Shown in pieces: positions 7,172-16,565 of a DNA stretch of 24,668 nucleotides. The notes below the pieces were generated by a model that made no database searches, had not been told where the DNA came from, and was given only the letters and a program-made list of their open reading frames with translations. Origin of the DNA: Candidatus Heimdallarchaeota archaeon. GTDB taxonomy: Archaea > Asgardarchaeota > Heimdallarchaeia > Heimdallarchaeales > Heimdallarchaeaceae. Both the position numbers and the translations under genes were made by a program. Location of the stretch: positions 1-24,668 of the forward strand of contig JAEOTE010000134.1 in assembly GCA_016839945.1 (NCBI GenBank). The letters run 5' to 3'. Numbering within the stretch: position 1 is the first letter of the stretch; each line of letters begins with the position of its first letter.

Positions 7172-8248
7172 TTACAAATTCCAGATTTCTTCTATTGCAG
7201 CTAAAAGTTCTTTGAGATCATCTAAAGTATGTTCACCCATATGACCAATTCTGAAAGTCTGATCTTTGAGTTTTCCATAGCCATTTGCAATAACAAAACC
7301 TTTTTCAGCTAGAGCTTTGTTTAGTTCTCCAACGTCTTTTCCTAGTTTATTAGCTACAGTTGTAACTGTCACGGATCTGAAACCTTCTTCAGCAAAAAGA
7401 CCAAATCCTTTTTCTAGAGCCCACTTATGTGTGTATTCAGCCATTTCTTCATGTCTTTTGTAAATGTTTTCTGCTCCTTCTTCAAGCATTTGCTTAAGTT
7501 TATGATCCATTGCGTAGAGAAGAGAAATATTTGGTGTTGATGGAGTTTGTTGTTTCTTTCCATAATAATCCATAATTGCTTTCAAGTCTGTATACAATCC
7601 TCTATCTGGAACTTCTTGAGTTCTGTCTAGAGCTTTTTGAGAGACTATACCTACTGCTAATCCTGGAGGTAAAGCAAAACATTTCTGTGTAGAAGCAAAT
7701 ATCAAGTCTGTCCCCATTTCATCTGGCCACAGTAAATCACCTGCCATAGCTGAAACAGCATCAACAACAAGAAGTGTATCTGGATAGAATTTTAGAAGAT
7801 CTCCTATTGCTTGAAGATCTGCTTTTACACCAGTGCTTGTTTCATTCCAGCAAATGGTTAAAACATCATATTCACTTTGTTCAAGTTTCTCTTTAATCAT
7901 ATCAACAGTAATTCCTTTTCCCCATTCAACTTCAAGCTTGTCAGCTTCTTTTCCACAGCCAACAACTGCTTTATACATTCTATCGGAAAATGAACCATTT
8001 ATACAGCAAAGTGCTTTCTTCCCAGGTCGAATCAAATTCCTACCTGTTACATCCATGAAAATTGTACCTGAAGCTGTTAATACTAACACATGCTGTTCTG
8101 TTTTGAAAAAACTCCTCAACTGTGTCAGAACACTGTCATAAAGAGCTGTAAACTCCTTACTTCTGTGACCAACCAGAGGTTTGGTTTGAGCTTGAAGTAC
8201 ATCTTCTTTTACTTCAGTTGGACCAGGAATCCATAATTTCTTGTGCAC
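7172..8248 (-). CDS. Class V PLP aminotransferase (serine-pyruvate/alanine-glyoxylate type; candidate phosphoserine aminotransferase)
   Basis: IPGPTEV, GHRS, NETSTGV, VDAVSA, STQKCFALPPG (PLP Lys), FRIGHMG. Start reassigned to GTG at 8248 because AGGTGA lies at 8254-8259, which also removes the overlap with 8343..8852. Confidence 0.9.
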   Translation of the reverse strand: MHKKLWIPGPTEVKEDVLQAQTKPLVGHRSKEFTALYDSVLTQLRSFFKTEQHVLVLTASGTIFMDVTGRNLIRPGKKALCCINGSFSDRMYKAVVGCGKEADKLEVEWGKGITVDMIKEKLEQSEYDVLTICWNETSTGVKADLQAIGDLLKFYPDTLLVVDAVSAMAGDLLWPDEMGTDLIFASTQKCFALPPGLAVGIVSQKALDRTQEVPDRGLYTDLKAIMDYYGKKQQTPSTPNISLLYAMDHKLKQMLEEGAENIYKRHEEMAEYTHKWALEKGFGLFAEEGFRSVTVTTVANKLGKDVGELNKALAEKGFVIANGYGKLKDQTFRIGHMGEHTLDDLKELLAAIEEIWNL

Positions 8249-8342
8249 TTTTATCACCTTTGTATCAAGAGAGATAAAAAGAGGGGGTAAAAAAAGTTTA
8301 CTGTGTATAGTTGAAAAAAGAGGTTTAAGAAAGATTTTGCAG

Positions 8343-8852
8343 CTATTCTTTGGATGATACAATCCTCTTAACTAAAGCTTCGATAGGGCCCTTATCGGGT
8401 TTTTCAGGAACAGGTAAACCACTCTTTCTATAATCGAACCAAATTAGAACTCCACTATGTATCAATGAGATTAATTGAACTGATAATATAAATACTACAC
8501 AATAAATTAGAGCTTTGTTAGCATTACCAGGAAAGAAAACGATATACGTTGAAACTGGTACAATCAGAAGGCAGATAATAGTGGCTGGAATTCCAAGAAG
8601 AATGTAAACAAGTTCATTCCAGACAAAAAGAAAAACCTCTCCACTTTTTTTACCAATAAAGGGAATAAACAAAGCCATAAAGAGAATCACAAAACCTAAA
8701 GAAACGAATATTAAAGCGAAGATAACTAACAAAACAACATCAAAGAAGAAATTAATAGTAAGTAGTAAGACACTTGCTAAAATGAAAAAGAGTCCAACAA
8801 ATACTCCTTCTCTGAAAATATTCATTTCTTTTAGTTTGTAAACAAATGCCAT
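8343..8852 (-). CDS. Hypothetical integral membrane protein (about 4 TM)
   Basis: Four long hydrophobic segments and a short charged C-tail; same strand as the downstream cluster. Confidence 0.75.
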   Translation of the reverse strand: MAFVYKLKEMNIFREGVFVGLFFILASVLLLTINFFFDVVLLVIFALIFVSLGFVILFMALFIPFIGKKSGEVFLFVWNELVYILLGIPATIICLLIVPVSTYIVFFPGNANKALIYCVVFILSVQLISLIHSGVLIWFDYRKSGLPVPEKPDKGPIEALVKRIVSSKE

Positions 8853-9056
8853 TAATGTATATTGTACATGGACATTTTAAATATTTTTTTTTCAACAAAA
8901 AATCAAAAAAGTATTACATTTTGTTATAAGGTTAAAAATCTCAACTTACTTAAATGTTCATAATTTAAGAATTCTTTATTTTCAGCCTCTCAAACTGGAT
9001 TATAAAATTTGAATATTATGGTAACATTTTTTAGGTAATCTTGTTAGGTGTGTGTA

Positions 9057-10679
9057 ATGAGTATTCAAGACAAGGATAAGCAGAAAGCTGAACTTGAAAA
9101 AACTTTACAAAAGTTTACTGAATTACTTCCATCTGTAAGTCCTGAACCAAAGAAAATCGAAAAAGCTTTAGTAATAATAAATGGAACAGCAAAATCCAGA
9201 ACAGCTGTTTTATTAGCTAGTGAGCTTAATAGATATTTTCAAACACATATAGACGTTATTTGTTTCTATACTGAACAAAAACCAGAGAAAGATAAAACTA
9301 CTAAAGAAAGCTATGAAGATTCACTAGCTTTTGCTTATGAACATCTCAAAAGCGAAGATTTTGAAATCAAAGGACAAATAGTCGAAAACGTTGAAATGTT
9401 AAAAGCTATACTTGATAGCGTCCTACAAACAGTAGAATATGATTTGGTAATCATTCCATCATCATTCATAGGGATGAAAGAAACAAAGGTCTTCGAAGAA
9501 GAGGAAGAAGATACTGAAGCAAAAATAACAGTTATGGGAGATATATTTGAATATTTACTTGATTTTCCAGATATTCCTATAATGTTAGTAGAAAGCGAGA
9601 AAGTGAATCTTGAGCTTCTATGGAAGAATATATGTATTTTCTTTAGCGGAAGCTCTCAAATAAACTATCTTGTAGAAAAAGCTCTGAAATTCAGTCTCAA
9701 GAAAGCTGAATTTCACCTATTAATCAATATAGCTCCAGGTTTTCATGAAGATAAGAATGAAGAGGAATTTGAAGCTCACATAAAGAAGACTAGTGAAGAT
9801 ATTGAAAGGTTTGAACGAGCTAATTCAGAGGTTTTTAAAGAAGCATCTCGATATGTGGATTTTCATTTGATTACTACTGATGAAGTAGAAGTATTCAAAA
9901 ATGAATTACTAACTTTTGGAAAGGATGTTGGAATCATTATTATTCATATGCCTTCAAAACATTCGAGTTTATATGGATTCTTTGTAGATTTACTGGAAGA
10001 TCCTGAAATCACTGTACCTATACTAATATCAAAGAAAAGAGTAACTCCCAAGATTGAAGAAAAAGAAGAAGAGAAAGAAATTCCTGAAGAAAAGGAAGAA
10101 GAAGAAGAAGAAGAAGAAGAAGAAGAAGAAAAAGAGACAATTGTTATAGATGAAGGTTTAAAAGAAACGATTAAAGAAAAAATAAAAAAGGATATCTTAG
10201 GAGAAACTGAAGAACCAGAAGAAGTGAAAGAAAAGGAAGAAATTCCTAAAGAAGAAGTTGTAGAAATCAAAGAAGAAATATTAGAAGAAATACAAGAGGA
10301 AGAAGATATGACAGACATAGAAGAAATCAAAGAAGAAGTAAAAGAAGAAGTAATAAAAGAAATAAAGAAAGAAGTGAAAAAAGAAATTAAAGATGAACCT
10401 AAGAAAGAAGTGAAAAAAGAAGTAACAAAGGAACTAAAGAAAGAAGAAAGCATAGAAGAATTAAAGGAAACCATAATTGAAGAAATAAAAGAAGAAATTG
10501 TTAACGAGATCAAATATGAACTCAAAAAAGATCTAAAAGAACCAAAGAAAGAACTGAAAGAGAAAGTCATAGAAGAAATAAAAGAAGAAGCTGATATAGT
10601 AGAAGAAGAAGAGGAAGAAGTTCCTGAAGAAGAGAAAAAAGAAGAGGAAGAAGTAAAAACAAGAAGAGACTTCGAATAA
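9057..10679 (+). CDS. Universal stress protein (USP)-like domains plus long Glu/Lys-rich low-complexity tail
   Basis: IEKALVIINGTAKSRTAVLLASEL...IDVICF, YDLVIIP and IPIMLV follow the USP pattern, with a second degenerate copy (WKNICIFF...VPILIS); the last ~210 aa are E/K-rich. ATG 9057 preceded by AGGTG. Confidence 0.7.
   Translation: MSIQDKDKQKAELEKTLQKFTELLPSVSPEPKKIEKALVIINGTAKSRTAVLLASELNRYFQTHIDVICFYTEQKPEKDKTTKESYEDSLAFAYEHLKSEDFEIKGQIVENVEMLKAILDSVLQTVEYDLVIIPSSFIGMKETKVFEEEEEDTEAKITVMGDIFEYLLDFPDIPIMLVESEKVNLELLWKNICIFFSGSSQINYLVEKALKFSLKKAEFHLLINIAPGFHEDKNEEEFEAHIKKTSEDIERFERANSEVFKEASRYVDFHLITTDEVEVFKNELLTFGKDVGIIIIHMPSKHSSLYGFFVDLLEDPEITVPILISKKRVTPKIEEKEEEKEIPEEKEEEEEEEEEEEEKETIVIDEGLKETIKEKIKKDILGETEEPEEVKEKEEIPKEEVVEIKEEILEEIQEEEDMTDIEEIKEEVKEEVIKEIKKEVKKEIKDEPKKEVKKEVTKELKKEESIEELKETIIEEIKEEIVNEIKYELKKDLKEPKKELKEKVIEEIKEEADIVEEEEEEVPEEEKKEEEEVKTRRDFE
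10095..10130 (+). repeat. Perfect (GAA)12 microsatellite encoding poly-Glu
   Basis: 36 nt of uninterrupted GAA, in frame within 9057..10679. Confidence 0.95.
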
Positions 10680-10805
10680 GAATATATCAGCAAGATTACG
10701 ATTACAGAATCATAGGGTAAAAAACCCAATAGGAAATTCAAGTGATAAACTTGATTTCATTACAAATAAATAACAAGATTTACACTCTAGAGTGTAGGTG
10801 GTTAA

Positions 10806-12203
10806 TTGGCAGGATTAATACCAGTAAATTTACAGTGGATAGCAACGATAATAATCGTACTTATTGTCTTAGCAACCATCCTGCTATTAATGAAGGAAGG
10901 AATTGATGCAACAAAAATAACAGCTACAGGAGCGTTACTAGTAGCTCTAATTTTTCTAATATTCATGGACTGGGAGCAAGGATTTGTAGATAATTTACAA
11001 TATCATGAAGTTCCAGAAAGTTTTCTTGAAGCATTGGCAAAAACAATAAATGTTGAAGCTATACTTATCATCTTTTCAGTGAGTATAATTGTCGCAATCA
11101 CAAAAGGTGCAGGATTCTTCGATTTTATATCTTTGTCTCTTGTAAAACTAACTAAAGGAGATCCAAGAAAATTAATTCTTGCTCTTGGAGGTTTGACCTT
11201 CTTTGTGAGTATGTTCTTTGATAACTTGTCAGCAATTATTTTATTAGGTTCTTTGACAGTAGTTATCTGTAAACAGCTAGAACTCAACTCGAAACCCTTT
11301 GTTCTGTTTGTTGGAATCAACACGATCATCGGGGGACTTCCAACGCCGGTCTCTTCTTTACCCAATATTATCTTCTTCAACTTATATCAAGGAGAAGGCA
11401 TGAATTTCATAATTTTTATGGCCTATATGTTTCCTATAGCTATCTTCTTTTTTGGACTAGCAACAGCTTTCTTCTTCTTTGTTTATAGAAAGGATATCCT
11501 CATCGAAGTTTCAGATGAAAAGAAAGAACAACTATCTAGAATTAATCCTTGGTCAGGAATTGAGGATAGAAAAAATATCTGGAAATCTATCACCTTACTT
11601 GGAGTACTTTTTGTTGGTTTCTTGCTGACTAGTATCCCTGGAAATCCAATAGATGTAGCTTTTGTAGCTTTAATTGCTACAATCTTTGGAATTTATTTAT
11701 TCAGAACTGATTTGAAACACTATTTAGAAGAGGGAGTAGAATGGACTATAGTAGTTTTCTTTGTTGCTTTATTCGTTTTAATGGGTGTTCTTACAGCTTC
11801 AGGAGCACTAAAGCCTTTAACAAATATTTTAACTGGTGTTCTGGGAGAAGAAATTACTACCAGAGGACAAATTTTAGTTGCATTGATAATTGGAGCAGTA
11901 GGTTTACCTATAACAGGATTTCTTAATGGATCTTCAGCTGCAATAATCTTCTCATATATTTTCAAAACACTCCCAGCAGGAATTTCAACAGGTTTGTGGT
12001 TTGGTTTTGTTCTTTCTGGAAATATAGGAGGAGCACTGACACCTTTAGGTTCAATAACAATTCTAATGGCATTGGAAATACTAAATAGAGAAGGAGAAAC
12101 TATGTCTTTCTTACAATATATGGTAAAAATGCTCCCTCTCACTCTAGTTTTGGGAGTACTGAGTATAGGTTATTCTGTGGTACTCATAGCATTAGGATTA
12201 TAG
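10806..12203 (+). CDS. ArsB/NhaD/CitMHS (IT superfamily) secondary transporter
   Basis: About 12 hydrophobic helices; SMFFDNL, IGGLPTPVSSLPNII, VEW..VVFFVALFVLMG and GNIGGALTPLGS motifs; TTG start after AGGTGG. Confidence 0.85.
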   Translation: MAGLIPVNLQWIATIIIVLIVLATILLLMKEGIDATKITATGALLVALIFLIFMDWEQGFVDNLQYHEVPESFLEALAKTINVEAILIIFSVSIIVAITKGAGFFDFISLSLVKLTKGDPRKLILALGGLTFFVSMFFDNLSAIILLGSLTVVICKQLELNSKPFVLFVGINTIIGGLPTPVSSLPNIIFFNLYQGEGMNFIIFMAYMFPIAIFFFGLATAFFFFVYRKDILIEVSDEKKEQLSRINPWSGIEDRKNIWKSITLLGVLFVGFLLTSIPGNPIDVAFVALIATIFGIYLFRTDLKHYLEEGVEWTIVVFFVALFVLMGVLTASGALKPLTNILTGVLGEEITTRGQILVALIIGAVGLPITGFLNGSSAAIIFSYIFKTLPAGISTGLWFGFVLSGNIGGALTPLGSITILMALEILNREGETMSFLQYMVKMLPLTLVLGVLSIGYSVVLIALGL

Positions 12204-12380
12204 GTCAATTTTTCTCAATCCAGGTTCTGATAGAGTTTCATTTTGTTCAAAAAATTTAAAAAAATCTACATTGATATTAGTACTCATTGTTATACATAAT
12301 AGAAGAAAATGGAAATCAAAAAATAAAAGATATTCGTAATTTTTTTCCATCCAAGTGCGACTGTCCCAATGGATTGCAAA

Positions 12381-13214
12381 TCAACCTCTTTTATTTCTAA
12401 CAGTTTTAGAAGAATATTTAACTCTATATTTCTTAATAAATACACTTAGAATTACCATCACAATCAAGACTATGTTTAGGTACCAATACTCTGATGGAAG
12501 TGGTTCTATTGTAGAAACTATTCGTGCTACTTCAGATTTCTGTAGAGCAAATATTATCAAACGGAATTCTGCTACAAAAACTATGTATCCTAAAGTTAAA
12601 AATAGATATTTTTTCCAAAATTTAACTTCTTCAATGGTTTTTGGTTTACGAACATAATTAGATATTCTTGGTAGTAAAAATCCTGTTTTAGCCATATATT
12701 CCAAATAATCATCTCCAAAGTGAGAAATGAGTTTCTTTTCTTCTATAGTTGAGATTATAAGCAATACAAAAACAAATAATGACCAAGAGAGAATTCCAGC
12801 AACTCTTGCACTATATAGTGGAATTGCTAAAGAAGAAAGGATTAATCCTAGATGTTGTGGGTGTCTAATCCATTTGTAAGGACCTGTAGTAGCTATTCCT
12901 TCTTTATTCTTTCTTGTTTGTGCAATGATTATTATCCCCCAAATAAACAACGTACATCCACCTAATATAAGAATAATCTCAAAAATATACATGAGAATTA
13001 AACCAATAAAAGGTTTGTACAAAATAGTACCCAGCATCCAATTTCCAACACCTAGAAAAGAAAAGAGCAACCAAGTAGTGAATGCCAAAGGAACAAAATA
13101 AACCATTTCAATTATAAGGCTAGCAACTATAGGTAAATAAATCCAAATCAGACTAGGAATTGTTAGTAAAACATCAAGAAATCTCAGAATTATAGTCTTT
13201 TTCTTTTCTTTCAA
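12381..13214 (-). CDS. Isoprenylcysteine carboxyl methyltransferase / phospholipid methyltransferase (ICMT/PEMT) family membrane protein
   Basis: TTGPYKWIRHPQHLG and EEKKLISHFGDDYLEY...P motifs; extra TM helices at both ends; TTG start after GGAGTGG. Confidence 0.82.
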   Translation of the reverse strand: MKEKKKTIILRFLDVLLTIPSLIWIYLPIVASLIIEMVYFVPLAFTTWLLFSFLGVGNWMLGTILYKPFIGLILMYIFEIILILGGCTLFIWGIIIIAQTRKNKEGIATTGPYKWIRHPQHLGLILSSLAIPLYSARVAGILSWSLFVFVLLIISTIEEKKLISHFGDDYLEYMAKTGFLLPRISNYVRKPKTIEEVKFWKKYLFLTLGYIVFVAEFRLIIFALQKSEVARIVSTIEPLPSEYWYLNIVLIVMVILSVFIKKYRVKYSSKTVRNKRG

Positions 13215-13387
13215 ATTACCACTCCAATTGGTAGCAAACAGTCTATAGTTTACAATAACGGATATAATATCTTTCTCATCTTTATTTTTCTGTTTGTTTT
13301 TTTCTAGTAAAGAATGTTGCCACCAAATTAGTTACTAATTAGTATCCTACAAATGTTAAATCTTTTCCTAAAAGAAGGAGAGGAAAT

Positions 13388-14440
13388 TTAATTTTTCTCC
13401 ATCCATGTACGTCCATCCCAATGAGTCATTCCTTTTGTAGCTATTCCATCTGGTTTCTTACCTGCAGACAGCTCTTCTTCTGTTAACCAATACATTGATG
13501 GATGTTCAGTATTATACAGAATATTGTAAGCTTGAGGCATGTGTTCAACTATTACATGCTGACTAATGTCCCCTTCATATATTTCTCCATCGTGCTCCAT
13601 TCCTATTGGACTTTCTAGCTCTACCTCTACTTTTTTTGCATACTTATAGCGAACACCTTTAAGATTTAGGTGCTCTCCTTTGAATATTTTCTGAATCCCC
13701 AAGAGTGTTTGGAATTTAGTCATATCCTTGGAAATCATAACATCAAAGAAATCGTTCTGAGGATGAGCATGTACACAAGATAACATTCCACCACCGAGAG
13801 ATTTTCCGATTCCAATTGCTATTAGCATTAATTTGAAATCCATTGGATCCCCATCATCTAGAATGATTGTTCCTTTTCTTTGTTTGACTGTAGCTAATTT
13901 CTTTAAAGCTAGAAAGGTGTATTTTGATGGACCTTTTATCCAACTCATTTCGCCATCCAAATTAGCTAGATTTACAAGTGAGGATATACCAAAATCAAAA
14001 CTATTACCAAAGAAGACTTCAAATTTTGTATCTCGATATTTGACATGACCAATTGATGCAGGAGAAACAGCTGTTTTTTCAATTAATGTTTTTGCAGCGT
14101 TTTCAGGATTCCATGGCATTCCCATAAATGTACATAAATCATTCCCTGTTCCAAATGGTAACACTCCAAATGCTACACTTTTTCTTTTCTGCTCAGGGAA
14201 GCTCATTATCCCATTAATTGCTTCATTAACAACTCCGTCACCACTGGCAACGATTATACGGTTGAAACCATCATTGATTGCTTTCTTAGTTATTTCTTGC
14301 CCTTGAGCTCTTCCTGTTGTAAAAACAACATCATAATCAATTCCACTTTTCTTAATGACTGGTTCAGCTTTTTCCCATCTTTTTGGACATAATTGTGATC
14401 CAGCGTTAGGGTTAACTATAAATTTCCATTTTAGAGACAT
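13388..14440 (-). CDS. Diacylglycerol/lipid kinase family protein (YegS/DgkB-like)
   Basis: IVNPNAG, SGDGVVNEAING, LPFGTGNDL, GGGM, FDV, HDGE. Start at 14440 or 14461. Confidence 0.9.
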   Translation of the reverse strand: MSLKWKFIVNPNAGSQLCPKRWEKAEPVIKKSGIDYDVVFTTGRAQGQEITKKAINDGFNRIIVASGDGVVNEAINGIMSFPEQKRKSVAFGVLPFGTGNDLCTFMGMPWNPENAAKTLIEKTAVSPASIGHVKYRDTKFEVFFGNSFDFGISSLVNLANLDGEMSWIKGPSKYTFLALKKLATVKQRKGTIILDDGDPMDFKLMLIAIGIGKSLGGGMLSCVHAHPQNDFFDVMISKDMTKFQTLLGIQKIFKGEHLNLKGVRYKYAKKVEVELESPIGMEHDGEIYEGDISQHVIVEHMPQAYNILYNTEHPSMYWLTEEELSAGKKPDGIATKGMTHWDGRTWMEKN

Positions 14441-14537
14441 AAGGCATAAGAAATCGAACATAAAGATAAATGTTTTCTATTATATGAGTAGAGAATAAAT
14501 AATTAAACAAACACACCATTGACTTGTTCATGAATAA

Positions 14538-16373
14538 TTATAGTTTGAGTGCAAATAGTTTCTTGAACATCATTGTTTCATCCTTTTCTCCTTCAATGGA
14601 GCTAAGTGTCTTTTCTTTTCCTATCTTTTGTAGGATTTCATCAATTGAAACATGCTCCAGAGCTTCGTGAACTGGCGCTTTTCTTTGCATCATTCCACGC
14701 CACATTTCTAATTGTTTCTCAAGCTTCTCTTGGTCAGTGATTATATCTTGATTTAGTTTGTTCAAACCTTTTCCTTCTGCGAAGACTCTTGCTTGATCAA
14801 GTAAAATTTGAGCATCTTTAAGATTTAATTCTGCTAACGCAAGTTGAGCTCTTAGACGATAGGTTTCACCCATGATTGAGAACATGTTTTGATCCTTAGC
14901 AAGAGTAGTTAATTCATCGATATAATTATGAATTTCTCCAAGTATTTCATGATCTTTTGAGATTTTGAAATCAGCAAGTAGAATTTCACACAAAGTAACC
15001 AATGCTGTCACTTTTAAACCTTTATCTTGTATCTTCTCTTTTAGAATATCTTTGAGAATTTCTTCCGCTTTCCCTCTTTTTATTGCTCTTGAGCTAGATT
15101 TTAGTAATAGACTTTCTGCAACATTAGTGTATTGATTTACTAAAGGAATCTCGCTAGTTTTATTCAATTCTTGAAGTTGCAGCAGATATTGTTTAGCTTT
15201 TTCAAGATCAGTTTGATCAAACGTTATTAAGACTAATGAAAAAATCGTGTTTGCGACTAGCTCATCATCCTCAACGTCCTGAGCTAATTTCAAACTCTCT
15301 TCAAATTGATTACGAGCATTTTCAAAATCACCTTTATAGTGATAGATTCTTCCTATATCGCTTAAAACCAATGCGTTCTCAAACTTATCTCCAAATTTTC
15401 TTAAAATAGGAATAGTTTTCTGCATATTTTCAAGAGCACTGTCATAATCAAGGTTAGTAAGATAAACCATACTTCTATAAGCAAGCGAAAAAGCTACATC
15501 CTTTTGATATTCAGTAGATTCAAGTATTTTTAAACCAATTTCTGTATGTTTAAGAGAAAGATCAAAATCCCCTTTGTTTAAATGAATTAATGCAAGAAAA
15601 TTATGAGTATGAGCAATCCATTGTTTGTTTCCAATTGATTCGAAAAGTTCTGCACTTTTTTCGATAAAATTAATTGCTTTATCATATTCATTCCTAAAAA
15701 AATTTAGCCAGCAAAGAAGGAAATTTGTCCAAGCAAGATCTCTTTTATTTCCAATTTCTTCATAAATCTTTAAACCTTCATAAGTGTAGACTTCTGCGAT
15801 ATCAAGCTCTTTCTTATAAGTATAAATCCACCCAAGTATTTCTTTACACCACCCAATTTTATGAGATATTTTAAGTTTAGTAAATAATGCTAGACCTTGA
15901 TTAATATATTTCATACTTTCTTCAAAATCATATTTTGCTAAGAAGAAGTCAAGACCATTCCAAACAAGGAGAATAGCTTTCTTTTCTTCAAGTTCTTTAA
16001 TAAGCTCTTTTGGAAGTTTAGACAAAAATACTTCTAGTTGTTTCTGTTCTTTTCTGCTTTCATCATAAAAACCTAATCGCCATAAAGCTTCAATTTTGTT
16101 TAGACTTAAATCAACCGATAGTTTAGAATCATTAAGATTCTTCACTTTTTTTTCAATATCCTCGATTATCTTAAGGCTTTCCTCAATTGGTCCTCTCTTA
16201 TTGTAGATTTGACATTTCCAATTTAGATAAGAATATAGTTCTTCATCACTCAATTCTTTAGATTTTTCATTTTTTTCTATAATTTCTAAAGCTTCATTAT
16301 ACATTCCTTGAGTAACTAATCCCTTTACGTGTTCAAGTGATTGAATATCACTTACGTCTTTTTCAGACGTCAT
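14538..16373 (-). CDS. Tetratricopeptide repeat (TPR) protein
   Basis: Repeated ~40 aa helical units (LGWIYTYKKELDIA, LALIHLNKGDFDLS, IGRIYHYKGDFENA); GGAG RBS upstream. Confidence 0.88.
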   Translation of the reverse strand: MTSEKDVSDIQSLEHVKGLVTQGMYNEALEIIEKNEKSKELSDEELYSYLNWKCQIYNKRGPIEESLKIIEDIEKKVKNLNDSKLSVDLSLNKIEALWRLGFYDESRKEQKQLEVFLSKLPKELIKELEEKKAILLVWNGLDFFLAKYDFEESMKYINQGLALFTKLKISHKIGWCKEILGWIYTYKKELDIAEVYTYEGLKIYEEIGNKRDLAWTNFLLCWLNFFRNEYDKAINFIEKSAELFESIGNKQWIAHTHNFLALIHLNKGDFDLSLKHTEIGLKILESTEYQKDVAFSLAYRSMVYLTNLDYDSALENMQKTIPILRKFGDKFENALVLSDIGRIYHYKGDFENARNQFEESLKLAQDVEDDELVANTIFSLVLITFDQTDLEKAKQYLLQLQELNKTSEIPLVNQYTNVAESLLLKSSSRAIKRGKAEEILKDILKEKIQDKGLKVTALVTLCEILLADFKISKDHEILGEIHNYIDELTTLAKDQNMFSIMGETYRLRAQLALAELNLKDAQILLDQARVFAEGKGLNKLNQDIITDQEKLEKQLEMWRGMMQRKAPVHEALEHVSIDEILQKIGKEKTLSSIEGEKDETMMFKKLFALKL

Positions 16374-16402
16374 ATAATTTACTCCAGATTAAACTTTGGT
16401 AA

Positions 16403-16416
16403 TTTTTATATAAAAA
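16403..16416 (-). promoter_or_regulatory. Putative TATA box of the TPR gene
   Basis: Palindromic TTTTTATATAAAAA 30-43 nt upstream of ATG 16373 in a divergent intergenic region. Confidence 0.55.
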
Positions 16417-16565
16417 CATTGAGCAGATTTGAAGAGTGAAATTTTTATTGTTTTGAAATAAGTTTGGTTTTAACAAATGTGTGTAAGAAATCACATACGT
16501 CTGCTTTACTTGCCTTATGACAAGGATTTATAATTATATTTTCACTCTCAAAATAGGTATTATAG

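Noticed and set aside
928-8141. Short ORFs 928..1134, 1347..1658, 1875..2072, 2959..3144, 5114..5305, 5250..5438, 6768..7049, 7833..8141
   Set aside because: Antisense to well-supported genes and without recognisable motifs.
8249-8362. Longer start for the aminotransferase
   Set aside because: Overlaps the upstream gene, precedes the family's usual N-terminal PGP motif, and a good AGGTGA RBS precedes GTG 8248.
9944-10741. 265 aa Ser/Phe-rich minus-strand ORF
   Set aside because: Antisense shadow of the GAA/AAA-rich tail of 9057..10679; the complementary TTC/TCT/TTT codons rarely give stops.
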